Of a stretch of 64,000 nt of DNA, positions 35,888 to 45,079 are shown one piece after another. The notes beneath the pieces are model-generated. The model had not been told where the DNA came from and did no database searches. It saw only the letters and a program-made list of their open reading frames with translations. Made by a program: the position numbers and the translations under genes. The DNA is from a virus (lineage: Duplodnaviria; Heunggongvirae; Uroviricota; Caudoviricetes), in IMG/VR virus record IMGVR_UViG_3300042868_003731, positions 153,967 through 217,966 of that record. The stretch is one strand, 5' to 3'. Numbering within the stretch: position 1 is the first letter of the stretch; the number at the start of each line of letters is the position of its first letter.

Positions 35888-35926
35888 GTTGTATGTGTTT
35901 CTCTTATATTTGGATCTTATGAGTCT

Positions 35927-35955
35927 ATACTACTCTAGTAATTCACCAATGTCAA
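35927..35955 (-). promoter_or_regulatory. Sigma70-like promoter for rnh (TTGACA-17-TAGTAT)
   Basis: Seen directly on the - strand. The -10 overlaps the stop codon of the upstream ORF. Confidence 0.4.
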
Positions 35956-36271
35956 TCATTTCTTTGTCGATTTCTTCATTTTCTATAAATTCATCTGCAA
36001 AGTCTTGCAGAGGATGATATATGTCGCTTGCCATTAAATGAAGCGAGCGAATTGATTCGAGAAGAAGAATGATGGACGGGTAGTACCTTTCGGTGTCTTG
36101 TTCGAACCTGCACCCAGACCTTACCATCTCGATAAGAACAAGGTTCCAAAGACTTTCTGCGACGTCGTTCGAAAAACTCGTTCTGTATTCCGTAAGTTTT
36201 TCGGATAACTCTTCGAGTGATTGTGGTGGTGAGTCGAGTTTCATTCGAGGGAATTTTATGATTTCAGCCAT
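35930..36271 (-). CDS. Hypothetical acidic protein
   Basis: ORF; no motif. Confidence 0.35.
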   Translation of the reverse strand: MAEIIKFPRMKLDSPPQSLEELSEKLTEYRTSFSNDVAESLWNLVLIEMVRSGCRFEQDTERYYPSIILLLESIRSLHLMASDIYHPLQDFADEFIENEEIDKEMIDIGELLE

Positions 36272-37217
36272 TACTTAAACGCCTCAACAAGTTAATCCAA
36301 GAGTTCTTAAAGGTATTTATGCTATTCCGTGGAAGGTTACATGCGTCCGAATTCGTTATCTTATTAATGAAGTTTTCGTCGATACGCTGGGCATCAAGTA
36401 TGTTCTTTACTGCAGAAAAAGAACGGTTCGCATGCTCGTTTCTATCCTCAGTATATTCATACATTAGAGTAGCGTTAGAAGACGTTTCTGGCAGAGCTGC
36501 ATAATTAGGATGGATCACCAATACACCAGAACGTATCGCTTCTATCATCGCGATACAAGACGTTTCCTGCCATATTGAAGGGAAAAGGAAGATATGAGAT
36601 TCCTTCAGAGCTTCGAGAACTTCTTCGTTACTCTTTGATCCATGATATGTAATTCGTGGATGAGCTTTGAGTTTTTCGAACAAGTTTTCATATGGCTTAT
36701 CACGTTGTTCCCAACCATAAATCTTAAAGGATGAGTATACATCCAGATGAATGTTGTCGTATTGTTTGCTGAGAGCATCAAAGATCGGATAGACGAGTTC
36801 CAATCCACGATGCGGAGTCGTGTGATAGATGAAACGAATTTGATCGGTTCTCTTTTGATGCGGGTGATACTCCAACTCAATCGCATTGTGTATTACGCTA
36901 CACTTCGAGTATGGAATCTGATAGATGAGCATGTATTGATCACGCTGCCAATACGAAACGAAAACAAAGTGATCGAACTTTTGCCAACCGCCGTCACGAA
37001 GAACAGCATTCTCTGGATCAAAAACTAAATCATGGCAGTAGAAAATGTTTTTCACATCTTTGTGCATCTCACGAGGCCTCGAGAAGTGAACTGCAAAATT
37101 CTGTAGAAGTTCCGGCGGAACATTATTAAGCAGCCTCTCTCGCATCATCTCAGTGCCTCCACGAGCATTGCGAGAGAGGTTTGTATCTACAATGTTTCCC
37201 TTGTAAATACAGCTCAT
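36264..37217 (-). CDS. GT-B fold glycosyltransferase (GT1/GT4-like)
   Basis: 'FPSIWQETSCIAMIEAIRSGVLVI' fits the E-x7-E donor-binding motif. Confidence 0.5.
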   Translation of the reverse strand: MSCIYKGNIVDTNLSRNARGGTEMMRERLLNNVPPELLQNFAVHFSRPREMHKDVKNIFYCHDLVFDPENAVLRDGGWQKFDHFVFVSYWQRDQYMLIYQIPYSKCSVIHNAIELEYHPHQKRTDQIRFIYHTTPHRGLELVYPIFDALSKQYDNIHLDVYSSFKIYGWEQRDKPYENLFEKLKAHPRITYHGSKSNEEVLEALKESHIFLFPSIWQETSCIAMIEAIRSGVLVIHPNYAALPETSSNATLMYEYTEDRNEHANRSFSAVKNILDAQRIDENFINKITNSDACNLPRNSINTFKNSWINLLRRLSNG

Positions 37218-37477
37218 TATTTGTCTACTGTGCTGAACTCTTTAAGAGAGTCCCAACGGAAAGAACGCCATCCGTTTGCTTCAACATCCCAGACCGCAAG
37301 CACAGTGTGGTTTGGAATCTTCTTTTGAATTGCTTCTTCAAGATCTACTTGAGCTGGCAGAAACTCATTTGATAGAGTGCAGTGCATCACTCGAGTCTCA
37401 CCGTTTGCTTTTGTGAAAACGACCTTGCAGATCGTTTCGTTTAGCTTTTTAATGATATCGTCTTTATCATAATTCAT
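37217..37477 (-). CDS. Hypothetical protein
   Basis: ORF; no motif. Confidence 0.35.
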   Translation of the reverse strand: MNYDKDDIIKKLNETICKVVFTKANGETRVMHCTLSNEFLPAQVDLEEAIQKKIPNHTVLAVWDVEANGWRSFRWDSLKEFSTVDK

Positions 37478-37487
37478 AACTGTTTCC

Positions 37488-37766
37488 TTAGGTCATAGCA
37501 AAGATTTTTTTGGAGCGCTCTTTTGCGGGTCCACCGTTCAGATCGTTCATTCGAACACGAATGAAACGCTTATTCGTCTGTTCTTTGTTTGGATTCTCGA
37601 TGGTCAGCCATGGGTTCGATCCATTCACCCATGCACGCTGCTTATTGAGCATGTCATCGGCGCCAGTTCTTTCGGCGCGAATGCTATTCAAAAGCTTGGA
37701 GTTAACGTTTTTGTTTTCGCCCTTAGAAACATAATTTTTACCGGACGAGCTCTTTCCCTTTGCCAT
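37488..37766 (-). CDS. Hypothetical basic protein
   Basis: ORF; K/N-rich. Confidence 0.35.
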   Translation of the reverse strand: MAKGKSSSGKNYVSKGENKNVNSKLLNSIRAERTGADDMLNKQRAWVNGSNPWLTIENPNKEQTNKRFIRVRMNDLNGGPAKERSKKIFAMT

Positions 37767-37780
37767 AATATAGTATCTCC

Positions 37781-38002
37781 TTAGTTGGTCATTTCAAGTG
37801 TTACGAGGTTAAGATCTTTAAGTATCTTGAAGTTAAGAGTTGTTAGATCGACTTCTGGGTCTAATCTCAATAGAGAGATGAGTCTATCGACGAATATAAG
37901 TTCCTTATCATGTTCTGACGCAATTGATAACGATTCGAATAATGTCTCTAAGTCGTATGGATTTTCATAGAAAACCCTAGGTTTTGTTTTCTGTTTTTGC
38001 AT
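37781..38002 (-). CDS. Hypothetical protein (start trimmed to an internal Met to limit overlap with the kinase gene)
   Basis: The track ORF 37781..38071 overlaps the dNMP kinase C-terminus by 95 nt. An internal start at MQKQ (38002) is assumed. Confidence 0.3.
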   Translation of the reverse strand: MQKQKTKPRVFYENPYDLETLFESLSIASEHDKELIFVDRLISLLRLDPEVDLTTLNFKILKDLNLVTLEMTN

Positions 38003-38612
38003 CACGTTCCTTATCGTAAATATCTTGGAGAACATCATGGAACTCCTCAAGAGAACCATTGTTATGTACACGATAGGTACGGATTGGAAATTTGTGAGAG
38101 AGCACGTGTTCGCTATCGATCTCTGTCGTCTCGCGAATAACGTATTCTTTTTCTAATCTTCCATTGAAATATCGGCGTGAGTCTGAAGAGTAGTCGCACC
38201 CATTGCGTGTAAGCTGAACCAATAGTATATTTTCAGCTCTAACTCTATTTATTAATGGAACTAATTCCTCTTCGAAGCCGCCGTCTGAGATCGCGTAGTC
38301 AACGCCATCTTCGATCTTCGATGCCACTGCGACACCAAATACGTCCTTACCGAAGGCAGGTTTCGTGATCACTTCTGATACATAGATCATAGCTTCTCGT
38401 CTCGACATGTCTTCGAGAAGTTCTTCTTTTCTCTCTTTGACGGATCTATCGTTATAGCCATCCATGAACCATTCTTTGTCAACGCCAAAGAAAGAGATGG
38501 TCTCTTCGAATAGAACATCCTTAAAACTTAAATGAGTAAATCCGCGGCGAGCGAAATACGCCGCAGATTCATCTTTACCAGATCCAGGAGGACCATTAAA
38601 AATTACGATCAA
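37977..38612 (-). CDS. 1: Deoxynucleoside monophosphate kinase (T4 gp1-like)
   Basis: Walker A 'IFNGPPGSGKDESAAYF' with C-terminal 'VHNNGSLEEFHDVLQ', parallel to T4 gp1 'IFLSGVKRSGKDTTADF' and 'ITNDGSLEELFSKIK'. Confidence 0.7.
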   Translation of the reverse strand: MIVIFNGPPGSGKDESAAYFARRGFTHLSFKDVLFEETISFFGVDKEWFMDGYNDRSVKERKEELLEDMSRREAMIYVSEVITKPAFGKDVFGVAVASKIEDGVDYAISDGGFEEELVPLINRVRAENILLVQLTRNGCDYSSDSRRYFNGRLEKEYVIRETTEIDSEHVLSHKFPIRTYRVHNNGSLEEFHDVLQDIYDKERDAKTENKT

Positions 38613-38830
38613 AACCTATGCTCCTCCGTCGATGCTTCTGCAAATGCTTCATCCCACTCCTTGGCAGTGATACCGGAAAGAATGAACTCGCGGTCGGTAT
38701 CGTTAAGATACGGCATCAGCTCCTGAATGTTGCCTAGGCCAGTTTCCCAAGCAGCCATGTCGTCAGGGTTAACCGGAATGTTGCGAGTACGCTCAACACC
38801 AGTCAGAATGCTCTTACGCTTGATCCACAT
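38609..38830 (-). CDS. Hypothetical protein
   Basis: ATGA-coupled small ORF. Confidence 0.35.
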   Translation of the reverse strand: MWIKRKSILTGVERTRNIPVNPDDMAAWETGLGNIQELMPYLNDTDREFILSGITAKEWDEAFAEASTEEHRF

Positions 38831-39380
38831 TTTCTTTTTCCTTTATGAAGCCTAGCTTTGCGATATAGTAGGAATCAACAATGTCCGAAACCGGATTCCA
38901 TTGATTCTTATTTAATATATCCAATTCTACGCGAATGTCAACCATTGTTTCTTCAAAAAAGCTTTCATACATCTTTTCTTTGTTTGCGTTTCCCTTCGTG
39001 GTAGCAAACTTTTTGATCTCGGGTGGCGCAAACACTTGAAAGGGAATCTTGTCTTTCCAAAGACGATACTTTAGTTGGCCGGTGTTCTCTGCTATCTGAA
39101 AGACTCGGCCGACAGCATTGAAGGCGTATCCTTCAATGAAGCACTTAGTTACGTTGTTTGATGTGAGAGTCTTGAGTGACCACTTTGAGAGGTTATCGTA
39201 TCGATGCGCGTCGCAAAGATACTCTTGATACATCTCTCCATAGAACTGCCCAGAGACAACGACTGATTTCTCTCGATGTACGACATAGTAGAAACGGCAG
39301 TTTTTCACGTTCCATTCATCGCCCTCGTGAACGCATATAGCGGGGCTCGTCAAACTATAATCAATACCAGCAACTATCAT
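38814..39380 (-). CDS. RuvC-like Holliday junction resolvase
   Basis: N-terminal 'MIVAGIDYSLTSPAICV' (catalytic Asp in the GID.S context) and C-terminal 'DIVDSYYIAKLG' (D..D.Y.IA). Confidence 0.55.
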   Translation of the reverse strand: MIVAGIDYSLTSPAICVHEGDEWNVKNCRFYYVVHREKSVVVSGQFYGEMYQEYLCDAHRYDNLSKWSLKTLTSNNVTKCFIEGYAFNAVGRVFQIAENTGQLKYRLWKDKIPFQVFAPPEIKKFATTKGNANKEKMYESFFEETMVDIRVELDILNKNQWNPVSDIVDSYYIAKLGFIKEKENVDQA

Positions 39381-39407
39381 AAAATATCTCCATCTTGTAG
39401 AGATATT
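39381..39407 (-). promoter_or_regulatory. Leader hairpin at the RuvC-like gene start (stem AAATATCTC / GAGATATTT) overlapping the Shine-Dalgarno
   Basis: Perfect 9-bp inverted repeat with a 9-nt loop, ending 1 nt before the ATG. The GGAGA RBS lies in the loop/3' arm. Confidence 0.4.
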
Positions 39408-39416
39408 TATCTTAGA

Positions 39417-40352
39417 CTACTTATGATATGAAGTGTACCAATCAACGAATGAAGCAACACCTTCTTCGATATTGACTGAAGGTTGATAACCATACTTTAC
39501 AAGTTTTGATACGTCAGACTGAGTCTCAAGACAATCGCCTGCTTGGTGTTCGATATACTCAATATCAGCTTTCTTTCCAGTCGCCGTTTCGATTGCTTCT
39601 ACGAAACGTTTAAGAGTGACTTGCTGAGTGTTACCTATGTTAAAGATCTCGTTCGAAGGAATACTGTCGTTTTCCATCACTATCTGAACACCTTTCACGA
39701 TATCATCAATGTACGTGAAATCGCGCTTCATGTTTCCATAGTTATACAGCTTTATCTTTTCACGATTGAGAATGTTCTTTGTGAAGTCATAGAGAGCCAT
39801 GTCGGGTCTACCCCAAGGTCCATATACTGTGAAGAAACGAAGACCGATGTCGTTCAGGCCAGACATCTTAAACTGGCATTCATTAACAAACTTAGTGTAT
39901 CCATACGGACTTATCTGATGAAGAACCGGTTCGTCTTCTCTCCATGGAAGTTGTTCGATTCCAGCGCAGACGCTAGAAGTAGATGCATAGACGACTTTTT
40001 CTATGCCGTTTTCTTTGCACGCATCAATAACGTTTTGAGTTCCGTCTATGTTTACCTTATGGTAGATACCAGGGTTCTTCATAGAATATCTTACACCCGC
40101 CATCGCTGCTAGGTGTACAACAATGTCTGGCTTCGCACTCTTAATAAAGCGAGATAGAGCTTCTTTATGAATGATATCTACTAGGTGTACTGGAGGCAAG
40201 CGAAAATGCTTAACTCTATCCACCTTAAGTGTAGCTGGATAGTAATCACAATAGTTGTCAATACCAATTATCTCGTAACCGCAATCGCGAAGACGAGCGG
40301 ATAGTGAAGCTCCAATAAATCCTGCTGCACCAGTTACAAGAACTCTTTTCAT
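39417..40352 (-). CDS. NAD-dependent nucleotide-sugar epimerase/dehydratase (SDR family)
   Basis: 'VLVTGAAGFIGASL' Rossmann motif and the 'YGYTK' catalytic YxxxK. Confidence 0.85.
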   Translation of the reverse strand: MKRVLVTGAAGFIGASLSARLRDCGYEIIGIDNYCDYYPATLKVDRVKHFRLPPVHLVDIIHKEALSRFIKSAKPDIVVHLAAMAGVRYSMKNPGIYHKVNIDGTQNVIDACKENGIEKVVYASTSSVCAGIEQLPWREDEPVLHQISPYGYTKFVNECQFKMSGLNDIGLRFFTVYGPWGRPDMALYDFTKNILNREKIKLYNYGNMKRDFTYIDDIVKGVQIVMENDSIPSNEIFNIGNTQQVTLKRFVEAIETATGKKADIEYIEHQAGDCLETQSDVSKLVKYGYQPSVNIEEGVASFVDWYTSYHK

Positions 40353-41176
40353 TTAAAAAATAAACCTTCTTCGAAGTCTTTATAAATTAGTTTTTTAGAT
40401 GCGCCTTCATAATGAATAAAGCTTGGAGACACCTCAATCATTTCCGATCCACTTCTAAAGAATGGCTTTTCGCTAAATTTTCTGCGATAGTTATACTTTC
40501 TTCCGATATGGAATGGAAGTAGAGTATATAAGTTCACAATGTAGTGAAAGAAATTTTCATCTGAAGCTGTTTTGTTCTTTAGATAAATTACGTTTTCAGA
40601 ATGCTTTTCTTCCCAATGCTCCCACCATTTGCCCTTTGAAAATTTCTCAAGTATATGAGTTTCAGATGGAGTTCCTCTGCATGGATAGTTACCAGAAAAT
40701 ATATCCATGTTATATAGTTTTCCATGTCCGTTCTTTAAATTTCTATTTGTGTTATTAAACAGTATGACACCAGAATTTATCTTTCCGAGCGAGCTGCTAT
40801 CCCTATGAATATATCTATCAGCGACATTATCAAAGTAACCGACGAGTCCGCTATGCATAAATTCTTCAAAGATGTTATCGGCATTTTGGTGTATGATCAC
40901 GTCGGTGTCTACGTATAGAACCTGATCGTAATCCTTTAGATGTTGAACTGCTCTATACTTATCAAAGGTCTCAACGCCAAATGCCCAAGGTTTATATTCC
41001 TCTTCACTTAGGAACTCAAACTTATAGTCGATACCATATCTCTCACAGTATGCTTTTGCAAAAGTTGTGCTATGTTTCCAGTATTCTCCAACCGAAACTC
41101 GATCAAAGCTTTCGCCGAAAACATTCTTACTTCTATCTTTAAAGTCGACGTGAAACTGGTACAGTAATCTCTTCAA
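40349..41176 (-). CDS. Putative GT-A glycosyltransferase (GT8-like, DxD)
   Basis: 'VLYVDTDVII' DxD-containing segment in a roughly 275-aa protein. Family assignment is tentative. Confidence 0.4.
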   Translation of the reverse strand: MKRLLYQFHVDFKDRSKNVFGESFDRVSVGEYWKHSTTFAKAYCERYGIDYKFEFLSEEEYKPWAFGVETFDKYRAVQHLKDYDQVLYVDTDVIIHQNADNIFEEFMHSGLVGYFDNVADRYIHRDSSSLGKINSGVILFNNTNRNLKNGHGKLYNMDIFSGNYPCRGTPSETHILEKFSKGKWWEHWEEKHSENVIYLKNKTASDENFFHYIVNLYTLLPFHIGRKYNYRRKFSEKPFFRSGSEMIEVSPSFIHYEGASKKLIYKDFEEGLFFK

Positions 41177-41179
41177 TAT

Positions 41180-41524
41180 CTATCTTCTCATACTCGCTGC
41201 ATCAACCGCAGCCTGTTTATTGTCTTTACGAATAGGAACCATGTTGGACTTGTGCGTGGTCGCAATGCCGAGGATCTCATTGCCTGTGTACTTAACGCTA
41301 GCTTTCTTTGCGCCGTTGGCGGCAACAACATCGCTTGTGACTCGAGGGCCAGTGTTGTAGTCCGGAATCTCGTAACGGTAGTCCTTTGAGTTTCCTTTAT
41401 AGCCAGCACGAGCAAGAAACCGAGCGTGTTCCGCTTCGGCTTCGATCATACGCTTCGTTTTGGTCTTTGGCTTTCTCTTACGAGTGTTGAGGGAAGTCAT
41501 CCCTCGAATCAAATGCATAGTCAT
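41180..41524 (-). CDS. Hypothetical basic protein
   Basis: ORF; Lys/Arg-rich N-terminus. Confidence 0.35.
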   Translation of the reverse strand: MTMHLIRGMTSLNTRKRKPKTKTKRMIEAEAEHARFLARAGYKGNSKDYRYEIPDYNTGPRVTSDVVAANGAKKASVKYTGNEILGIATTHKSNMVPIRKDNKQAAVDAASMRR

Positions 41525-41778
41525 TATTGGATCTTCTTCAGTTCAATATCCAGCTCTTGGCCGGTCCATACCATCATGTAGTACATGACCTTTTCAAGGT
41601 CAACAAGTTTTTCTTCAAGAAATTCGCACGGATCAAAGACGTTTGATATATCGATGCATTCTGCTTCAAAGTCAAAGCTGAGTGCTTCCGATAGAGTTAG
41701 ATGATAGTCCCTCATAAGAGTAACAAGATGAATCTCATAGTCAGAAGCTTCTGTCTTGGTAGCCATGTCTATCTCCAT
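41524..41778 (-). CDS. Hypothetical acidic protein
   Basis: First ORF downstream of the cassette variant at 41791. Confidence 0.35.
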   Translation of the reverse strand: MEIDMATKTEASDYEIHLVTLMRDYHLTLSEALSFDFEAECIDISNVFDPCEFLEEKLVDLEKVMYYMMVWTGQELDIELKKIQ

Positions 41779-41790
41779 ATGATATTTACT

Positions 41791-41820
41791 AGAGTATACT
41801 GATTCTATCAGAATGTCAAC
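41791..41820 (-). promoter_or_regulatory. Degenerate cassette variant (TTGACA-17-TACTCT)
   Basis: The core GTTGACATTCTGATAGAATCAGTATACTCT shares GAATCAGTATA with the other copies. Confidence 0.4.
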
Positions 41821-42072
41821 TCAAAAAGCTGACTGGCCGTAATTTCCTAGTGTATCTTCGATCTCTTTTACGAATTCCGAGTATCCTCCGATGTGTCTCT
41901 CATCCCACCAGATCTGCGGAACCGTCTTTACTTCTGGATAACGTTCAAACATTTCATCGCGGTTATCTGTAAACCCGGTATTCTTGTATTCGTACTTTAA
42001 GTCGTATTGCTCGGCGATCTTTTTTGCTTCTTGGCACCAGTGGCAGTTGTCCTTACCGTATATTGTAATCAT
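41821..42072 (-). CDS. Glutaredoxin/NrdH-like redoxin (T4 nrdC analogue)
   Basis: 'IYGKDNCHWCQEAK' CxxC active site, followed by 'TVPQIW' and 'IGGY' glutaredoxin-fold motifs. Confidence 0.6.
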   Translation of the reverse strand: MITIYGKDNCHWCQEAKKIAEQYDLKYEYKNTGFTDNRDEMFERYPEVKTVPQIWWDERHIGGYSEFVKEIEDTLGNYGQSAF

Positions 42073-42103
42073 TTATGCTCCAATCCTATTGAAATACCTA
42101 ACT

Positions 42104-42280
42104 TATTTATCAGTCCGACCAGTTAAAAAATCCTTCGACGAATGCCCATAGTACAAAGAGAGGAAGGATTAAAAAGAATAGCGCTAGCGCTAACCAAAAA
42201 TTTTTTGAAAACACGATGATCGCGCCACGAATGAATGTAGCTACGAGCAATAACACAATGCCTAGAACAACAAATTCATT
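42104..42280 (-). CDS. Unannotated small hydrophobic membrane protein (~58 aa)
   Basis: My own translation (MNEFVVLGIVLLLVATFIRGAIIVF...); below the track size cutoff. Confidence 0.3.
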
Positions 42281-42485
42281 CATATTTTTCTCGTATCTCT
42301 TTTAGTTTTTCATTATCAATCCGATAGTCGGATACTTGCTTTACGATAGTAAGCAACCAAAGAATATCATTCAGCATCTCTGCTTCAGTTATCTTCGTCT
42401 TCATCATATACCCATTCTTGAGCTTCGTCAATAAAACCATCATCGTGCATTGCTTCAAAGATATCATCCACCATGAAATCCTCAC
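42276..42485 (-). CDS. Hypothetical protein
   Basis: ORF; competes with an alternative-frame 49-aa ORF, so it is uncertain. Confidence 0.25.
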   Translation of the reverse strand: MRISWWMISLKQCTMMVLLTKLKNGYMMKTKITEAEMLNDILWLLTIVKQVSDYRIDNEKLKEIREKYE

Positions 42486-42573
42486 CCTCGATTAGCATCA
42501 TACACCATTTTGCATATTCTTGCTTCGTTGCCATATCGCCCTCTTATTCTAAAGTTACTTTCTTACAACCTTG

Positions 42574-42599
42574 CGCTCTTCGTGAAATTTCACGAAGAG
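42574..42599. other. Perfect 26-bp palindrome GCTCTTCGTGAAA|TTTCACGAAGAGC followed by TTTTTG
   Basis: Seen directly in a ~200-bp non-coding gap. It could be a + strand terminator or a dimeric-protein operator. Confidence 0.4.
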
Positions 42600-42732
42600 C
42601 TTTTTGCAGATTTACTTAGTTGTTCTAAAACTCTCGTCAGGATCTCTCTGTCGTGATGAGAGCCAGTTCTTCTTATGAGATCTTCTAGTTCCTGTACCAA
42701 AGACATGCAATCACTCCCATCCTATTAAAGAA

Positions 42733-42966
42733 CTATTTATTTTGTTTCCAATAGGGATGTTCAAGAATATATTCGGCACATAGCATAAAGATGATGTCTT
42801 CTTCTACGTCTTCTTTTGAAGACAGATGAAACACCACGCTTCGGTCCATGCTTTGTGGTTTTTCAATACCTACAACGAGCTTATCCTTAAAGGATGGATT
42901 GATGCTGCGAAGGAACTTTGTAACTGAAACAAGGTCGCTAATTGCTACATCTACAAATTCGACCAT
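42733..42966 (-). CDS. Hypothetical protein
   Basis: ORF. Confidence 0.35.
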   Translation of the reverse strand: MVEFVDVAISDLVSVTKFLRSINPSFKDKLVVGIEKPQSMDRSVVFHLSSKEDVEEDIIFMLCAEYILEHPYWKQNK

Positions 42967-42969
42967 CTT

Positions 42970-43212
42970 TCAATTCTCTTTAGCGTATTTTTCATCGATG
43001 CCGAGCTCTTCCATCTCGCAGCTCACGGCGAATTCATTCGTCGGAAACATGAACAAAGTTTGCGGATCGATATTTTCCGGTTCCGCATAACTCTGCTCAA
43101 GGTCTAACGTCATCGTTCGCGTGAGTGACAAACACTCGTCGGCAGTTTGACCTTCATAGCCAAGCTGCATCACGACCGCACCAGAGTACCATAGTGTAGC
43201 CCAATAAGTCAT
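42970..43212 (-). CDS. Hypothetical protein
   Basis: ORF. Confidence 0.35.
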   Translation of the reverse strand: MTYWATLWYSGAVVMQLGYEGQTADECLSLTRTMTLDLEQSYAEPENIDPQTLFMFPTNEFAVSCEMEELGIDEKYAKEN

Positions 43213-44355
43213 TTACTTCATTCCCATCCAAGTTGCGCATTCATCCCACTTGACGTTAGACGACAATTGCTTTTCGATATGATCAAGGATCATCTCGCGA
43301 CCGTCACGGCCAGCGAAACGCCCAAACACATAGTTAGGAGCGAATGAGTCGTTGTCCTTGATGGACGGCATCCACTCCAAAGCGTAACGCTTGCGGTCGA
43401 GACCGCTTGCGACCACGGTGTTCCAGTAGCGATCGTAGATTTCTACGACAGCATGAAGCCGCTCTGCAAAACGAACCTCAAAGTTACGAACACGGTTTGC
43501 CTGAATGACAGGTAGCATCGGCATCACGTCGTCCATTTCCTCGTTGAGGATAAGAGCAACGATGTTACGGTCGAACACGATACGATCCACAGTCTTGTGG
43601 ATACGCACATACCAATCATTCTTGACCTTAACCATATGGCCATCAGCAAAACGAATGATGTCACCCTCACGACCTTCTGCACCGCGCTGACGGCTAATGT
43701 AGTCAGCAAGGTTGCCTTCTACACTACCATAACGAGGAACAGTGGAGAACGGACAAGACTTATCCATTACATACGCACCGGTTGCGTTGTCACGAGTACC
43801 AAGATACACGAGGTCTGCTTCTTCGTATGCCAACACGATCTGGTTGAACGGGCTTACCCACTCAAAGATCGGAGTCACCGAGTCGTGTACACACTGACGA
43901 AGCCATTCGTTCAACGAAGGGTCCTGAGCAGCAAGCCAGGTCTCAGCCTGCATAGCCACTTCAGTCACGCCCATCTTGGTAGCAAGACGAAGGTAACCAT
44001 CGACCAAGATAGGACGGATCATCGAACCATCGAGCTTTTCCATGATCACGTGATCAAACAAAACACTGAGATCCAACCGATGTGCTTGAGTCTCTTCACG
44101 TTCGTTCACGTTGAAGAACTTGTGAAACGGGCGGCTCATCAGGTTACCATCAGCATCAAAGATAAGACCACGGCATTCACGGCGGATCGCGCCACCAAGG
44201 TCATCGGGGCCAGTCATATCAAAGGTGTCAGCCATCGCCACCACATAGTTGACGATGGTATACCCTTCACGTTCTGCCACAACGAACTCAGGACGACCTT
44301 CGATGTGAGGAAGGACGTCTTCGATGGTGCGTATGATAGGAAAGGCGTAGTGCAT
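43213..44355 (-). CDS. rnlA: RNA ligase 1 (T4 RnlA-like)
   Basis: 'ECRGLIFDADGNLMSRPFHKFFNVNE', 'EKLDGSMI' (adenylation KxDG), 'IFEWVSPFNQIVLAY' and 'DGHMVKVKNDWYV' parallel T4 Rnl1 'ECRGIMFEMDGE..RPMEKFFNLNE', 'TKEDGSLV', 'NFEFVAPTNRIVLAY', 'DGSHFKIKSDWYV'. GC-elevated. Confidence 0.85.
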   Translation of the reverse strand: MHYAFPIIRTIEDVLPHIEGRPEFVVAEREGYTIVNYVVAMADTFDMTGPDDLGGAIRRECRGLIFDADGNLMSRPFHKFFNVNEREETQAHRLDLSVLFDHVIMEKLDGSMIRPILVDGYLRLATKMGVTEVAMQAETWLAAQDPSLNEWLRQCVHDSVTPIFEWVSPFNQIVLAYEEADLVYLGTRDNATGAYVMDKSCPFSTVPRYGSVEGNLADYISRQRGAEGREGDIIRFADGHMVKVKNDWYVRIHKTVDRIVFDRNIVALILNEEMDDVMPMLPVIQANRVRNFEVRFAERLHAVVEIYDRYWNTVVASGLDRKRYALEWMPSIKDNDSFAPNYVFGRFAGRDGREMILDHIEKQLSSNVKWDECATWMGMK

Positions 44356-44657
44356 TAGGTGTTCCTTTTTCGACTCGATAGATACTCTGTCATCTCAAGA
44401 GTGAGTTCACGAATTCGTGGCTTTACCGAAGCGTCATTATCTTGAACGAGTTTCTTCATAAGCTTCTCTCGTTCGCGGCGGAGGTCTCCAAATTTAGAAC
44501 CAATCCAGAGACCATTCGCCACTTCGTATTGTTTTTCGTCAGTCATTTTTAATCTTTGCTTTGCGCCATACACGATACCGATAGACAAACAAACCCAACA
44601 CGATGGCACCATCTGCATAGCTGTAACCATCAGTGACTTCTTCAAAATCTTCGGCAC
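44355..44657 (-). CDS. Hypothetical protein (start uncertain)
   Basis: ORF overlapping the next track ORF in another frame; one of the two is probably shorter than called. Confidence 0.25.
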   Translation of the reverse strand: MPKILKKSLMVTAMQMVPSCWVCLSIGIVYGAKQRLKMTDEKQYEVANGLWIGSKFGDLRREREKLMKKLVQDNDASVKPRIRELTLEMTEYLSSRKRNT

Positions 44658-44868
44658 GATACCAATGAAAACCGGACCACTTAATCCGAAGGAAGCCTAC
44701 TCTTTCAATACTACTTCGGCTTGGGCAGGCACGACCCTGGTTGCAGTCACTGTTACACGAAGAACAAGTCATTCTGCTTTTCCTAGCACAAGATCTTCGA
44801 TTGCACCGTACACAACGAGTACGATAAGAAAGACGACGGGGATCATTACAGCGGTCATTAGAAGTCAC
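44539..44868 (-). CDS. Hypothetical Cys/Arg-rich ORF (doubtful)
   Basis: GC-rich segment; the ORF may be an artefact. Confidence 0.2.
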   Translation of the reverse strand: MTSNDRCNDPRRLSYRTRCVRCNRRSCARKSRMTCSSCNSDCNQGRACPSRSSIERVGFLRIKWSGFHWYRAEDFEEVTDGYSYADGAIVLGLFVYRYRVWRKAKIKND

Positions 44869-45066
44869 TCCAGTTCATTGCCATACCGACATTCGTTTCG
44901 GCGTTACGCTTAGCAGCTTCGAAGTCCACGAAAGGACCGGCTGAGGTGAAGTTGTCGAGCAGACGACCCTCGGGGGTAAAGACCATGTAACCTTTGAAAG
45001 TCTTATGGATCATAACCGGCTTGATGGAGTTGGTAGCTTCGTTGTGTTCGTTGAAGGTCATCATGG
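44858..45066 (-). CDS. Small hypothetical protein (~69 aa, MMTFNEHNEATNSIKPVMIHK...), trimmed to the RBS-preceded ATG
   Basis: The track ORF extends through the upstream promoter cassette. AAGGAA-N7-ATGATG defines the start. Confidence 0.4.
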
Positions 45067-45079
45067 TCAGTTTCCTTTC

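Noticed and set aside
43597-44358. 253-aa + strand ORF
   Set aside because: Antisense to the RNA ligase gene, whose - strand product aligns along its length with T4 Rnl1. It is a GC-driven artefact.
44665-44913. + strand ORF 44665..44913
   Set aside because: GC-rich antisense artefact within a - strand region bounded by a promoter cassette.
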